A stretch of DNA of 51,820 nt from Chiloscyllium plagiosum (GCF_004010195.1 NC_057722.1:62170379-62222198); one strand, 5' to 3'; numbered from the stretch's first letter, positions 13,051 to 24,398 are shown. Numbers and translations are program-made. Notes: generated by a model not told the origin, from the letters alone.

Positions 13051-13373
13051 GGATTTCCCCTCTCCTCCCCTCCCGCCCCCACCCCCCCCCCCCCCCCCTT
13101 TCAAGATGCTCCTTAAAACTGATATCTTATCTGTTTTAACCTCTTCCTCAATGGCTCCACTTCATACTGAGTTTATCAATACTCCCCTGGGATATTTCAC
13201 AACGTTAAATGTGAGATATAAACATAAGTTGTTTTTGTATCCAAGATTTTCCATCCTGTGCATCTATTTCACTAAAATCGTAGGATTGATTAACTTACTC
13301 ATGTATAACATGGAAAAAAAAGTCTTTTATTAGGAATACATAAGAAATGATAAACAAACTATCAGTGAGGTAG

Positions 13374-14001
13374 GAGAAAGTGAGGACTGCAGATGTTGGA
13401 GATCAGAGCTGAAAATGTGTTGCTGGAAAAGCGCAGCAGGTCAGGCAGCATCCAAGGAACAGGAGAATCGACATTTCGGGCATAAGCCCTTCTTCAGGAA
13501 TGAGGAAAGTGTGTCCAGCAGGCTAAGATAAAAGGTAGGGAGGAGGGACTTGGGGGAGGGGCGTTGGAAATGCGAAAGGTGGAGGGAGGTCCGGGTGTCC
13601 CAGAGGTGTTCCAGAGGTGTTCCAGACCAACCAACCCAACCACCCCGTAGCCTAACACTTTAACTCCCCCTCCCACTCCACCAAGGACATGCAGGTCCTT
13701 GGACTCCTCCATTGCCAGACCATGACAACACGATGGTTGGAGGAAGAGCGCCTCATCTTCTGCCTGGGAACCCTCCAACCACAAGGGATGAACTCAGATT
13801 TCTCCAGTTTCCTCATTTCCCCTCCCCCCACCTTGTCTCAGTCAAATCCCTCAAACTCAGCACCGCCTTCCTAACTTGCAATCTTCTTCCTGACCTCTCC
13901 GCCCCCACCCCACTCCGGCCTATCACCCTCACCTTGACCTCCCTCCACCTATCGCATTTCCAACGCCCCTCCCCCAAGTCCCTCCTCCCTACCTTTTATC
14001 T
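13374..14001. mobile_element. Penelope-like insertion with inverted pLTR (13374-13590 minus; about 13620-14001 plus)
   Basis: Perfect 14-bp TSD tatcagtgaggtag (13360-13373 / 14002-14015); endonuclease C-terminus RWLEEERLIFCLGTLQPQGMN; hammerhead on the minus arm at about 13470-13497. Confidence 0.9.
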
Positions 14002-14159
14002 TATCAGTGAGGTAGACCAAAATGTTGCAGTAAGTCTGAACAGCGTCAAGTTTTCCCGCCTAATAAATTTTGCTAAAACAGAATCAAACAATCAATATAA
14101 ATAAATCGATATTTTCACAACAACTGTTGGAGAAGCCATGAGTCAGAAGGTTGTAAGTT

Positions 14160-14292
14160 CAAAAGTAAAATACATGCCAATGCTGGAAGTCTGAAATAAA
14201 AAGAAACATGCTGGATATACTCAGCAGATTGGCAGCGTATGTGGAGTCAGAAACAAAGTTAACGTTTCTAGTCAATGACCTTCCATCAAAAT
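14160..14292 (-). mobile_element. Old PLE pLTR fragment with decayed hammerhead
   Basis: Minus strand ttgatgg-a-aggtc-att-gacta-gaaa-cgtt followed by the gctgcc...ctgctgagt..tccagca pLTR motif. Confidence 0.6.
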
Positions 14293-14344
14293 TAAGAAAA
14301 CAAGTATCGAAATGTTGAAATGTCGCTCTGGAATCTTAAACACA

Positions 14345-14455
14345 TAATCTGGGCTGACATTGCAGTCCTGCACTGAGAGAGCACTACACTATCGGAGGTC
14401 TCATCTTTCAACTGAATTGTTAAACCGAGGTCCCTGGTTATCCTCAGAGGCAAAT
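14345..14455 (+). mobile_element. Deu-domain SINE fragment
   Basis: cactatcggaggtctcatctttcaactgaattgttaaaccgaggtccc; related to about 18910-19230 and 28520-28700. Confidence 0.6.
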
Positions 14456-14475
14456 ATTGAAACAAACAAACACGT

Positions 14476-14800
14476 GGGCGGCACGGTGGCATAGTGGTTA
14501 GCACTGTTGCCTCACAGCCCCAGAGATCCGGGTTCAATTCCCGCCTCAGGCGACTGACTGTGTGGAGTTTGCACATTCTCCCTGTGTCTGCATGGGTTTC
14601 CTCCGGTTTCCTCCCACAATCCAAAAAAATGTGCAGGTTAGGCGAATTGGCCATGCTAAGTTGCCCATCGTGTTAGGTGAAGGGATAAATGTAGGGGAAT
14701 GGGTCTGGGTGGGTTACGCTTCGGCAGGTCGGTGTGGACTTGTTGGGCCGAAGGGCCTGTTTCCACACTGTAAGTAATCGAAATTAATCTGAAATCTAAA
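14476..14800 (+). mobile_element. HE1 SINE (V-SINE), full length
   Basis: tRNA head gggcggcacggtggcatagtggttagc...ggttcaattcc, V domain tgtgtggagtttgcacattctcc, LINE-like 3' end and (aatct)-type tail. Confidence 0.9.
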
Positions 14801-15211
14801 TCAAACGAGCAGGTATCACTCCTGCTACCCAAACCAGTGCTGATCCCTTAACCAACATCACTAAGCCTGATTATCTGCAAAATCATGATTTGTGAGATCT
14901 TGCTGTACACAAATTGTCTGTTGTGTTTCCTGTGTCACTTTAAAAGTATTTCAATGCTTGAGATCATGGAAGTTGCTAAAGAAATGCTGTCTTTCAGGAA
15001 AGCATTAAACAGCAGAGTTAGGAAAGCTTTAATCATTGTGATATGTAAGAGTGCATTGGGTAAACTGCACCCCAAGCACAGTGAAACTCTTTCTGAAGCA
15101 TTTGCATATGATTCATTGCTAGTTAGCACATCAATTCTTAGATACGATGCTCATAAATTGATTAGTAACTGAGGGCTTTCCAAGTTTTATTGCCATTTGA
15201 TCTGTTGCTAC

Positions 15212-15247
15212 TATATATTCAGCAAGCCCAGCAAAGAGAATCATTCC
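15212..15247 (+). promoter_or_regulatory. Candidate core promoter: TATA-like TATATA (15212) and Inr TCATTCC (A at 15243)
   Basis: TATA-to-Inr spacing is 31 bp; the Inr A lies 69 bp upstream of the signal-peptide ATG. Confidence 0.45.
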
Positions 15248-15311
15248 CAGAGCAAAGGAAAAGCAGTCAGCTATGAAACCACATGCCTCGATCTGATTAT
15301 AACTATTCAAA

Positions 15312-15385
15312 ATGGCACGCTTCATGTTTCTAGTGCCAATTATAGTTCAGCTGCTGTTTCTGCAAGTCGTAACATCACAGAAAAG
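15312..15385 (+). CDS. Zonadhesin-like MAM protein, coding exon 1 (signal peptide MARFMFLVPIIVQLLFLQVVTSQK)
   Basis: Good Kozak context aaaATGG, hydrophobic core, donor AG|gtaggt; phase 2 matches the next exon. Confidence 0.75.
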
Positions 15386-15992
15386 GTAGGTTGCCTCTTC
15401 ATTAGCTGTTTCATTGACAGGCAATGATATGAAATACCATTCATGCCTGAGGGAAGTCAAAACAGGGTAGTGGATGGAGCAGACAGGTTGAGGGTGGAAT
15501 GGATAGAGGTTGGGATGGGGGCTAGGGATGAAGAAGTGGAGTTCATCACAGGCAGGTCTAATCACATCATTCCCTGATGAACACTTTTCATTTTGGGGCA
15601 ATTGGACTGTGACCTCCAAAGGCGCAAATCCTCTCTGAATTTGTTCTCCTGATTATGGAGATCTATGCCTTTGAAAGAAAGAGTTTCACAGTCTGGTAGG
15701 GAGTTTAAGATTGCCTGGTTTCTATTCTTCTTCAGCCTGGTGAGAAATTCTGATAGTTGGAGGGGAAGAGTTTTCCACCTTCTCTCCCTTGCTCCAAAGA
15801 TGATTTTAGACATATCAAACAATGCCAGAACCCACCTCTCTGCTCTACAGTATTGTGCTAGGATTAATTCCTGGTGGGAGTGCAGCTCACTAAATAATCC
15901 TCTCTCTGTAATGGCAGTGTGAATTATCTTAACCAATTTACTCCACCGCCACTGCCGTTGTTTAATATATTAAACAATTGATTTTCTGCATG

Positions 15993-16140
15993 ATACTATT
16001 AGTCTTTAAAGTGTCACTGACTCACAGACTGGTTGTGTACCAGAACGTAGAGCTTATGACTCCCTACTCTTCTCTGTCAAGGCACTAAAATCTCCAGCCA
16101 GAAAGAAAATTTCAAAGGCGAAATTTCACTTCTGACTCAG
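15993..16140 (+). repeat. ~148-bp segment duplicated at 17366-17510
   Basis: atactattagtctt...aaatttcacttctgactcag occurs twice with scattered substitutions. Confidence 0.92.
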
Positions 16141-16830
16141 AGTTCAGCCATCCATTTTACCTCCTGCTACGTTTTCCTTATCAGTGAAGGTTAAACTTTA
16201 GTTCCTTCACTCAGAGTACAATGACAGGTTCTCCTTAGTCAAAAGGCAATTACCAGTTCCAAAATTGGAATGCACATTTCAGGAGAGTTGCCTAATACTC
16301 TTTATCACCTCAGTGTTTTATAATATATTCAATCAATGCAATGGACAAGTGTTAAGTGTGAATTTACCAATAAAAGGTACAGGTTTAATGGACAGGACCT
16401 ATTTATGGAACACTGATGGAAGTCCAGAGTCTGGTTATTCTATACTTGTATTGAAAGGTCTCATTTCTAAAAATATTTTGTTAAATCTTCCAAATGTACC
16501 AAAAGATAGAAACCTATAGACGCAGAATTTACAGTTAGTTGAATGTATGTTCTGCTCTATTAGAGGCTTTGTTCAATGCTTTAGGAACCATACACCCAAA
16601 GTCAAGTGGATGCCTCATAGCAAATCCTTTTGTGTTTTGTTATTATATTGTACTCACTTCCCTCAGAGATAAAGTTAAAAATCACACAACACCAGGTTAT
16701 AGTCCAACAGGATTTATTTCGAGGCACTAGCTTTCTAAGTGTTGTTTCTTCATCAGGATTTGGACTGGGGTGTACAAAGTTAAAAATCACACAATACCAG
16801 GTTATAGTCCAACAGGTTTAATTGGAAGTA

Positions 16831-16865
16831 CACTAGCTTTCGGAGCGATGCTCCTTCATCAGCTG
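16831..16865 (-). ncRNA. Type I hammerhead ribozyme motif (family B)
   Basis: Minus strand CTGATGA-A-GGAGC-atc-GCTCC-GAAA-GC-TA-GTG. Confidence 0.7.
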
Positions 16866-17051
16866 ATAGTGGAGGGCTCAATCCTAACACAGAATTTATA
16901 GCAAAAATTTTCATGAAAGAAGTCAAACTATCACTGTATTCTAACAGATGAAAGGCTTAACAGACAATCAATTTTTCAACGTATAATTTCAGTTACATCA
17001 CACTGTAAATTTTTGCTATAAATTCTGTGTTAGGATTGAGCCCTCCACAAT

Positions 17052-17086
17052 CACCTGATGAAGGAGTGTCGCTCTGAAAGCTAGTG
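17052..17086 (+). ncRNA. Type I hammerhead ribozyme motif (family B)
   Basis: CAC-CTGATGA-A-GGAGT-gtc-GCTCT-GAAA-GC-TA-GTG; stem I CAC/GTG. Confidence 0.7.
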
Positions 17087-18158
17087 TGCTTCCAATTAAA
17101 CCTGTTGGACTATAACCTGGTGTTGTGTGATTTTTAACTTTCTTCACCAGGTGGTTGTGGAGCAGAATCATAAGTCACAGAATTTATAGTAACAGGATTG
17201 TAGTGTCATGGAATGTAATATTAAACAAATTTAGTTTAAGTCTTTCATCTTTTAGAATGATAATGTTAGTTTCAGTTCCTTTATATGTAAATTGCAGAAC
17301 TTTTTTAAAGTTACATTTTCTGTTAAGACAGCTTTAACAATCGGTGCCATCTCAGCTTAGATGAAATACTATTAGTCTTCAACGTGTCACTGACTCACAG
17401 ACTGGTACCATAATCTAGAGTTTATGACTCCCCATTCTTCCCTATCAAGGCACTAAAATCACCAGCCAGAAAGAGAAAATTTGCAAGGTGAAATTTCACT
17501 TCTGACTCAGTAGGGCCTTCAATTTAGTTCCTGATGAAGAAGCAGCACTTCGAAAGTTAGTGCTTCTAAATAAACCTGTTCGACTATAACCTGGTGTTGT
17601 GTGATTTGTAACTTTGTCCATCCTAGTCCAACACAGGCACCTCCAAATCATGACTTCCCTCAGAGAGGGCTGAAAGATTAACTTATTCAAAGCTGAGTTA
17701 GATATTTTTGACAGTGAGGGAATTGATAGTTATGGGGGTGCAAGCTGAAAAGTAGAGTTGAGACCACAATCAGATCAATCATAATCATATATAATGGCAG
17801 AGCAGATTGATGGGCTGAATGGCCATCCCCTTACAATAAAATCCAATATTCCCATTATTTATCAAACAATACAATGACGATGATTTGCACATTATCATCT
17901 GTACTACTAGCACTGAAACACGGTTGAATGTTTAATACTGTAAAGGTTCTCTCAAGGATAAGTTGTTAAGCATTCTGTTTTCATTAGATAGACTTCTTTA
18001 CAAAATTGGGTTGCCAGTTGTGTCAGGAATGTGCTGAAAGGAGTGAGAATTGGGAAGAACAGGTTACTTTGGACTTCTGATTCCCAAGTTTCTAGATCAT
18101 TGGCTTCTTTTTTCTCATCTCACAATGGGTCTGTAATCAATATATTAATACAGATTTG

Positions 18159-18493
18159 AATCATAGAATCCCACAGTGAGAAAACAGACCCTTCAGCACA
18201 ACAAGTCCACACTGACCCTTCAAAGAGTAACCCATTGAGACTCATTACCTACCCTATTACTCTACATTTATCTTGACTAACTCACCTAACTACATATCCC
18301 TGACACACCTGGCAATTTAGCTCGGCCAATTCGCCTAACCTGCACATCTTTGGATTGTGGAGAAAACTGGAGCACCTGGAGACACATGGAGAATGTGCCA
18401 ACTTCACACTGACTGTGGTCTGAGGCTGGAATCGAGCCCGTGTCCCTGGTGCTGTGAGGCAGCAATGCTAACCACTGAGCCACTGTACTGCCC
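18159..18493 (-). mobile_element. HE1-type SINE
   Basis: Minus strand gggcagtacagtggctcagtggttagcattgctgcctcacagc followed by the V domain. Confidence 0.85.
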
Positions 18494-18547
18494 TAATCAC
18501 AGTTGATCAATGTGATTAATCAGAAATACCACTATTTTTATATTATG

Positions 18548-18822
18548 TTAAAAATCACACAACCTCAGTTTAGAGTCTAACAGGTTTACTTGGAAGTACA
18601 AGCCCTCGGAGCATTGCTCCTTTGTCAGGTAGTGAGTGCACCAAAACCTTGTACTTCCAAATAAACCTGTTGGACTACAACGTGATGTTGTGTGATTTTT
18701 AACTTTGTCCACTCCAGGAGAAAGTGAGGCTGAAGATTAGAGTTGACCTGACCTGCTGTGCTTTTCCAGCACCAGACTTTCAACTTTGTCCACCCCAGTC
18801 TAACACCGACACCTTCACATCA
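18548..18822. mobile_element. Inverted PLE family B element with a nested 64-bp family A piece (18718-18781)
   Basis: Outer TSD ttt(a/g)tattatg (18537-18547 / 18823-18833); inner 17-bp TSD aactttgtccac(t/c)ccag (18701-18717 / 18782-18798). Confidence 0.8.
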
Positions 18823-18909
18823 TTTGTATTATGCGACAACTCAAATAATAAGGTGAACTAACTGGATATTGACCTTGTTATCTTTTGGCGTTCCTACGTC
18901 TGCTATCAC

Positions 18910-19230
18910 AAAGTTCTGGGTTCAAGATTCCCCTGAGGTGTGAGCTCAAAAATGAAAGCTGATGATGCAGTTCAGTTTTGAGAGATTACTACATTGTTGG
19001 AGATGCCATTTCTTTTGGGAGAGACATTGAAACTGAGACCCTCCGCCTGTCTACTCAAGTGGATGTAAAAGAATTCATGGTCACTGCTTCTCAGAAGAAC
19101 AGGAGAGTTCTTCACTCTCAGTATCTTGGCCAATATTTATCCCTGAGGGAACATTACAAAACAAAAGGTTATCTGGTGATTGCCAATTTGCTATTTGTCA
19201 GATGCTATAAACATATTACACTTCAAAAGT
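18910..19230 (+). mobile_element. Old Deu-domain SINE
   Basis: ggttcaag B box; ggagatgccatttcttttgggagagacattgaaactgagaccc; ctcaagtggatgtaaaaga. Confidence 0.6.
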
Positions 19231-20479
19231 ACTTGATTGGCAAGTTTTGAGAAGTCTAATTGCCATGAACAAAATATATGAATGCAAATCTTCTTGCTTT
19301 CTACAATAATGAGCTAAACGGAATGGCCAGGTTTTCAGCTCTTTATCAGGATGGAGAAACGAGTACAATATTTATTCTCAATATTCTTTGGACATTGAAG
19401 AAGGGAATAAAAGGACATGTGAAATTTGTTAAACAATTCAGAAATGAATCAATAGTTTTAGTGGATATTTTTTTAAAAATTAGAAAGGCTAGCCAGAAAC
19501 TAAAATATATCACAAAAAGCTGAGACAGTTGGAGTGTAAAGAGGAAATGCAGCAACAAGCAATATTTAAATATACAGATTATTATAAGGAATATGAAAAA
19601 AATGATTAAAACATAGAAATATCAAATGGATAATGTACAGCTGGACAAACCAGGGGGAAATGTCAAATTACAAAACAAACATAAAAAAGAAAAAAAAATT
19701 AGTTACAGAGAAAAACAAAACTCTAAATAATGTATTGGGCCATTTTCTAGTGTAGAAATAGGTGAGGATTAAAGACAACTACAAAACACAAAGCAGTTCA
19801 AAAATAACAGACTAAGTATCATACAGTACAGGAGGAGGCTATTATGGTAATCATGTCATTGTTGAACCTTTGAAAGAAATTTCCAATTTGACTCACTCTC
19901 CTTTCTAACTCACTGTCGCCCGAGAGATTTCTCCAACTCTGTTTTGCCTTAGAGAGCTATCATTGAATCTGCTCCCATCATACTTTTGTGCAGCACATCC
20001 TGACAATAACTTGTGATGTAAATGCTTTTCTCATGTTTTCTCTGGTTCTTTTCCCAATTTCTCATTCTTTCTCACCTCATTCTTCTGCAGTTGTGCATAA
20101 GTTTCCACATTCCAAATGTTTTGTATCCACTTGTGCGTAGTTAATGGTTGTAATACAGCAGCCAATTCACACACACAGTAAGTGCCCTCAAACAACAATG
20201 AAATTAATGACAAGTTTATTTGGCTTTTGTTGTTGGTTGGGAGATAAATGTTGACCCTTACACAGGACTCTTCTTCAGAAGAATGGCAGGGATTTTATTT
20301 TACCAACAGTTCAGAAGAGTATTGAATTCACATCTTACTGAAACATAGCATGTTTAACAGTGAAGTATACCTTCAATACTGTACTCCATGTACTGATGTG
20401 ATGGTGAGGAGGATAAATATTGTGGCAAATTGGCCCTGGAGAGAAACTCACCCCATTATCTCCATTTTATCATTTAGCT

Positions 20480-21640
20480 GCTGAGTGCAAAGATAACATA
20501 TTGGCATGGGTAGAGGATTGATTAGCTATCAGCTCTCTTACCAGACCATAAGACTGGGAGACAACAGTGGAGGTTTAACCTGATGGTCTCCACATTTCAG
20601 ACAAGGGGAGAGGTTGAGAAGGAGACTCCTTCATAGTAACCTAAGCCAGTGCAGGAATTGAACCCACATTATTGGCATCACACTGCATCACAAACCAGCC
20701 ATTTAGCCAAGCTAACTGACCCCCTATCAGGCAGTAGGGACTGGGTGTAAATGGTTTACAAGCTATAGCAAGTGGTGTGCCACAGTGATCAGTGCTCGGG
20801 CCTTCAAGTTTTACAATTTGTATAAATGACTTGAATAAAGAAACCAAAGGGCTGGTTGCTAAATTTGTTGATGATACGAAGATATATAGGAAAGTAAATT
20901 TTGAGGAGACATAAGAAGGCTACATAGGATTATAGATAGGTTAAGCGAGTAGGCAAAAATCTGGTAAAAGGTGTACAATATAGGAAGATGTAAAAGTGTC
21001 AATTTTGATAGGCAGAATTTAAAAATACTAAATGATGAGAGGTTGTAGAGCTGTGAGATGCAGAGAGATCTGGGTGTTCTAATGCATGAAAATCAAAACG
21101 GACAGCAAGTAATTAGGAAATGGGTCTCCATATTTAATGAAGGATGTAAAAGCACTGGAAAAAATTCAAAAACATTTATAGACTAATACCTGGAATGTGT
21201 AGATTATGTCATGAGGAAAGTTAAGACAGGCTAGGCTTATATCTGCTAGCATTTAGAAGACTAAGGAGCAAATTGATTGAAACATATAAGATTGTGAAGG
21301 ATCATAACAGAACGGGTGTGCAGAGGATGTTTCCTCATGGCAAAATCTAAAGCTATGGGTAACTGTAAAAATATAGGCATCACTCATTTCAGAGAGAGAT
21401 GGGAAAGTGTTTCTCACAGAAGATTGTGAGTCTTTGCAACTCTCTTCCTCAAAAAGAGAGGTGGAAGAAGAGTCTTTGAATATTTTTTAGGTAGAGATTT
21501 AAAGATCCTTGATAAGGAAGGGGGTGAAAGTTGTCAGGGGTAGGCAGGTATGTAGAGTAATCAGGTCAGGTATGATTTTATTGAATGATGGAGAAGGCTC
21601 TTGGGTCATGTGGTCTTCCTCTGCTCTTAACTTATTATGT
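20480..21640 (+). mobile_element. Degenerate CR1 LINE with deletions and an internal SINE-like insert (about 20545-20720)
   Basis: SGVPQ*SVLGP...INDLN...VAKFVDDTK RT motifs, followed by a CR1 3' UTR. Confidence 0.8.
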
Positions 21641-21876
21641 TCATATAAAAGAGGAATTGCGAGGAAAACAGCCAGTACAGTCATAATGGGCTGATCCATC
21701 TGTTTTTGAGCTGCACATTCCATGCTCTTTTTGATATAAATAGTCCAACATGGAGGGGAAGGTTAAAGAACATGTACAAAAATCATACTTTGATTTTTAA
21801 TTGTTATGATTCATGTAAAATTTTAAACATTTTAATATTGCAATATTTATATGTCTTTTTTTTTAAAAAAACACAG

Positions 21877-21932
21877 CAGGAAAGTCCTATCACACTCAGA
21901 AAGGAGGGTAAACATTTGGATCCCAGACGCAG
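21877..21932 (+). CDS. Zonadhesin-like MAM protein, coding exon 2 ((S)RKVLSHSERRVNIWIPDA); alternative start 21880
   Basis: Poly-T tract and cagcag acceptor, donor CAG|gtatgt; phase 2 in and phase 1 out joins exons 1 and 3 without a stop. Confidence 0.7.
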
Positions 21933-22116
21933 GTATGTTCTGCTTAAACAGTAGGAGTTGGGGTGGGGAGAAGGATAACCCATTGTTTATGTTCATTGAG
22001 ATGAGGAATGGTTTTGCTGGAAATCATTGCATATGTTCTAAACCAGACAGCTAGACAATGAAGGATAGAACTAGAGCCAATCTTTGCAAGCTTTTCTTTA
22101 GTTGTATATTACAAAC

Positions 22117-22239
22117 CACCTGATGAAGCAGCAGCGCTCTCAAAGCCAGTGCTTCCAAAATAAACTTGTTGGACTATAACCTGGTGTTGTGTGATTTTTA
22201 ACTTTGTACACCCCAAACCAACACCTGCACCTCCAAGTC
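22117..22239 (+). mobile_element. Short hammerhead-bearing PLE-derived element (family B)
   Basis: Starts at CAC-CTGATGA; 9-bp TSD attacaaac (22108-22116 / 22240-22248). Confidence 0.85.
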
Positions 22240-22296
22240 ATTACAAACATGCACCTCCTAAACAACAGACTCTGGTTTCACTCAGCTCCTTTGCTG

Positions 22297-22759
22297 AGGT
22301 TAGCTTTCAAATTCAAACGTATTAATTGAATTTACATTTTGCAGTGATGGGATTTGAACTCCTGTCTCTGGAGCATGACCCTGGGCCTCTGAATTAATAT
22401 TTCAATGACTTTATCATCACAGCACTGTCTCACCTATTTTGACTATGTGGTAAACCTTGAATCGAACTTTGATAAAACTTCATAAGCATGAGAAAAAGAA
22501 TTTAAACAATTGAGGCTTTATTCTCAACAGTAACTGAGGATAAGGAGCAAGTTTGTAGTCTGATGTTCCCCCTCACTCTGTCTGGTCCAAAGCTAGCCCT
22601 TTTCAATTTCTGGGTCTTTGTTAAATTTACCAGACTGAGACCCACTCCAACATAGGGTCTGTGTCTGTAATTCAAGCAGGAGGCAAGTTAGCAACAGTGA
22701 CCGCAGATATGTTTGTCTGGGGCTACCAATCGAAAAGGTCACTGATGTGTAACTAAGAT
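22297..22759 (-). repeat. Inverted duplicate of 24442-24888
   Basis: For example, gtctggtccaaagctagcccttttcaatttctgggtctttgttaaattta is the reverse complement of about 24552-24602. Confidence 0.92.
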
Positions 22760-24187
22760 CCTATTCAGAAACAGATTGAGAATCAGATCAAGAGGTTTTC
22801 ATGCAGTTTGCAAAAGAAGCAAATGCAAGCAAGGTGGGAAAATTATTTTTCACATAGCATGTCGTTAGGGTCTGAAATGCACTGCCTGAAAATGTAATAA
22901 GGGCAGGTTCCATTGAAGTATTCAAAGGTGCACTTGAGGATTATTTAAATAGAAGCAAGGTGCAGGATTGTGGGAAAGGCGAGGCAATGGCAATAAGTTA
23001 AACTGCTGAGAGAGTGAGCTCAGTCATAATGGGCCAAATGGCCTCCTTCTGTCTCATAATTTGGCAATTCTGTGAAGTGTTTTTTCATAGAGAGCAGAAG
23101 CAGGAGCGATTACTTCTGTTGAAGAGTGTCAGGATTTTCTATTTCCTTCTGGGGCCACAAGGGACATTCCTATTCCTCCTGGCTCAGAGAAAAGTAATAA
23201 AGTAATCAATAAAGAATAATTTACACTTCTGGCATTCCCTGGTGACTGCATCTTATCTCAAAGTCCACCAGCCAGCATAGGTTAATAATACTTCAAGAGA
23301 CCCACCTATCTGAATCATGAGGACATTGCACCCAGCACACAAGGCCAAAATCACGGAATGTGTAAGCCAACACAAAAGAAGTAACCCTTTCTCACCAAAC
23401 CACCCATCGCAGATATGTTTGTCTGGGGCAGCATTGATAGAAGTAATCAGTGTACAATAACCTTGTGAAGATCAGAATTGTTAAAACAGCAACACGACAA
23501 CACCCCTACTCCAAATCAGAAATTTTTGTTGGTTTTTATTCCTCTGATTGAAATTATTTTGCTTTTCTCATTGGATGTCTCCACAGAAAATGCAAAGGAA
23601 TGAAATGGATTAGCTAAAATATGAGTTTTATAAACAGCATAATAATGTTGATTGGGTCTTCTTGGATTGAGACTGAGGCACATTATCATTGCAGTATCAA
23701 TCGAGCTTTATTCTGCATCAAGCCAATATTATACTGTGCACAGGGTGCTTCAAATTGAACATAAGTTGACTGTATAAATATTTGATTATTTAATTGTATT
23801 CAATGTTTGGGCTTTAACAGGGGAATCACTTTTGCTCCTACATATAGGAGCAAACGTCCAGGTCCATCAGGCACCGTTAGGACTTGAGTGCATTCTGACA
23901 TGCCACACCAAATTCTAATTCAATTTTCATAAACTTAATTTGAGGATTTGCTACTTGTTACCCCTTTAAGGAACTGGCACTTATTCATTAATGTTAATTT
24001 GATTGAATTTGCTTTGAAAGAATATCTTGGGAGGGGTCTTATGGTATACTGGTACTGCCCCTACCTGTAAGCTGGAAGTGTGTGTTCAAGTTCCACCTAC
24101 TCTAGAGGTCTGTAGTAACATCGTTCAATAGGTAGATTAGGAAACTATATGAAAGATTATATAGGACCAGACTGAAATCAGAAGACT

Positions 24188-24398
24188 CTGGATTAGTGGT
24201 GCTGAAAAAGCACAGCAGTTCAGGCAGCATCTGAGGAACAGTAAAATTGATGTTTCGAGCAAAAGCCCTTCATCAGGAATACAGGCAGAGTGCCTGAAGG
24301 GTGGAGAGATAAATGAGAGGAGGGTGGGGAATGGGGAAAAAGTAGCGTAGAGTAGGAAATGACCTGGGAGTTGCAGTGGGAGAGGGACTCCCTGAGAG
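24188..24398 (-). mobile_element. PLE pLTR fragment with hammerhead motif (about 24249-24276)
   Basis: Minus strand CTGATGA-A-GGGC-tttt-GCTC-GAAA-CATC; TSD tcagaagact (24178-24187 / 24399-24408). Confidence 0.8.

Larger units (their letters stand above)
16670..17652. mobile_element. Composite PLE family B insertion: outer inverted ends, a nested palindromic element (16758-17141) and captured local DNA
   Basis: 14-bp TSD acttccctcagaga (16656-16669 / 17653-17666); inner TSD tttcttca(t/c)cagg (16745-16757 / 17139-17151); four hammerhead motifs. Confidence 0.85.

Noticed and set aside
14476-14550. tRNA gene
   Set aside because: The A/B boxes belong to an HE1 SINE head followed by V-domain and LINE-derived sequence; the same applies at about 9280 and 18420-18493.
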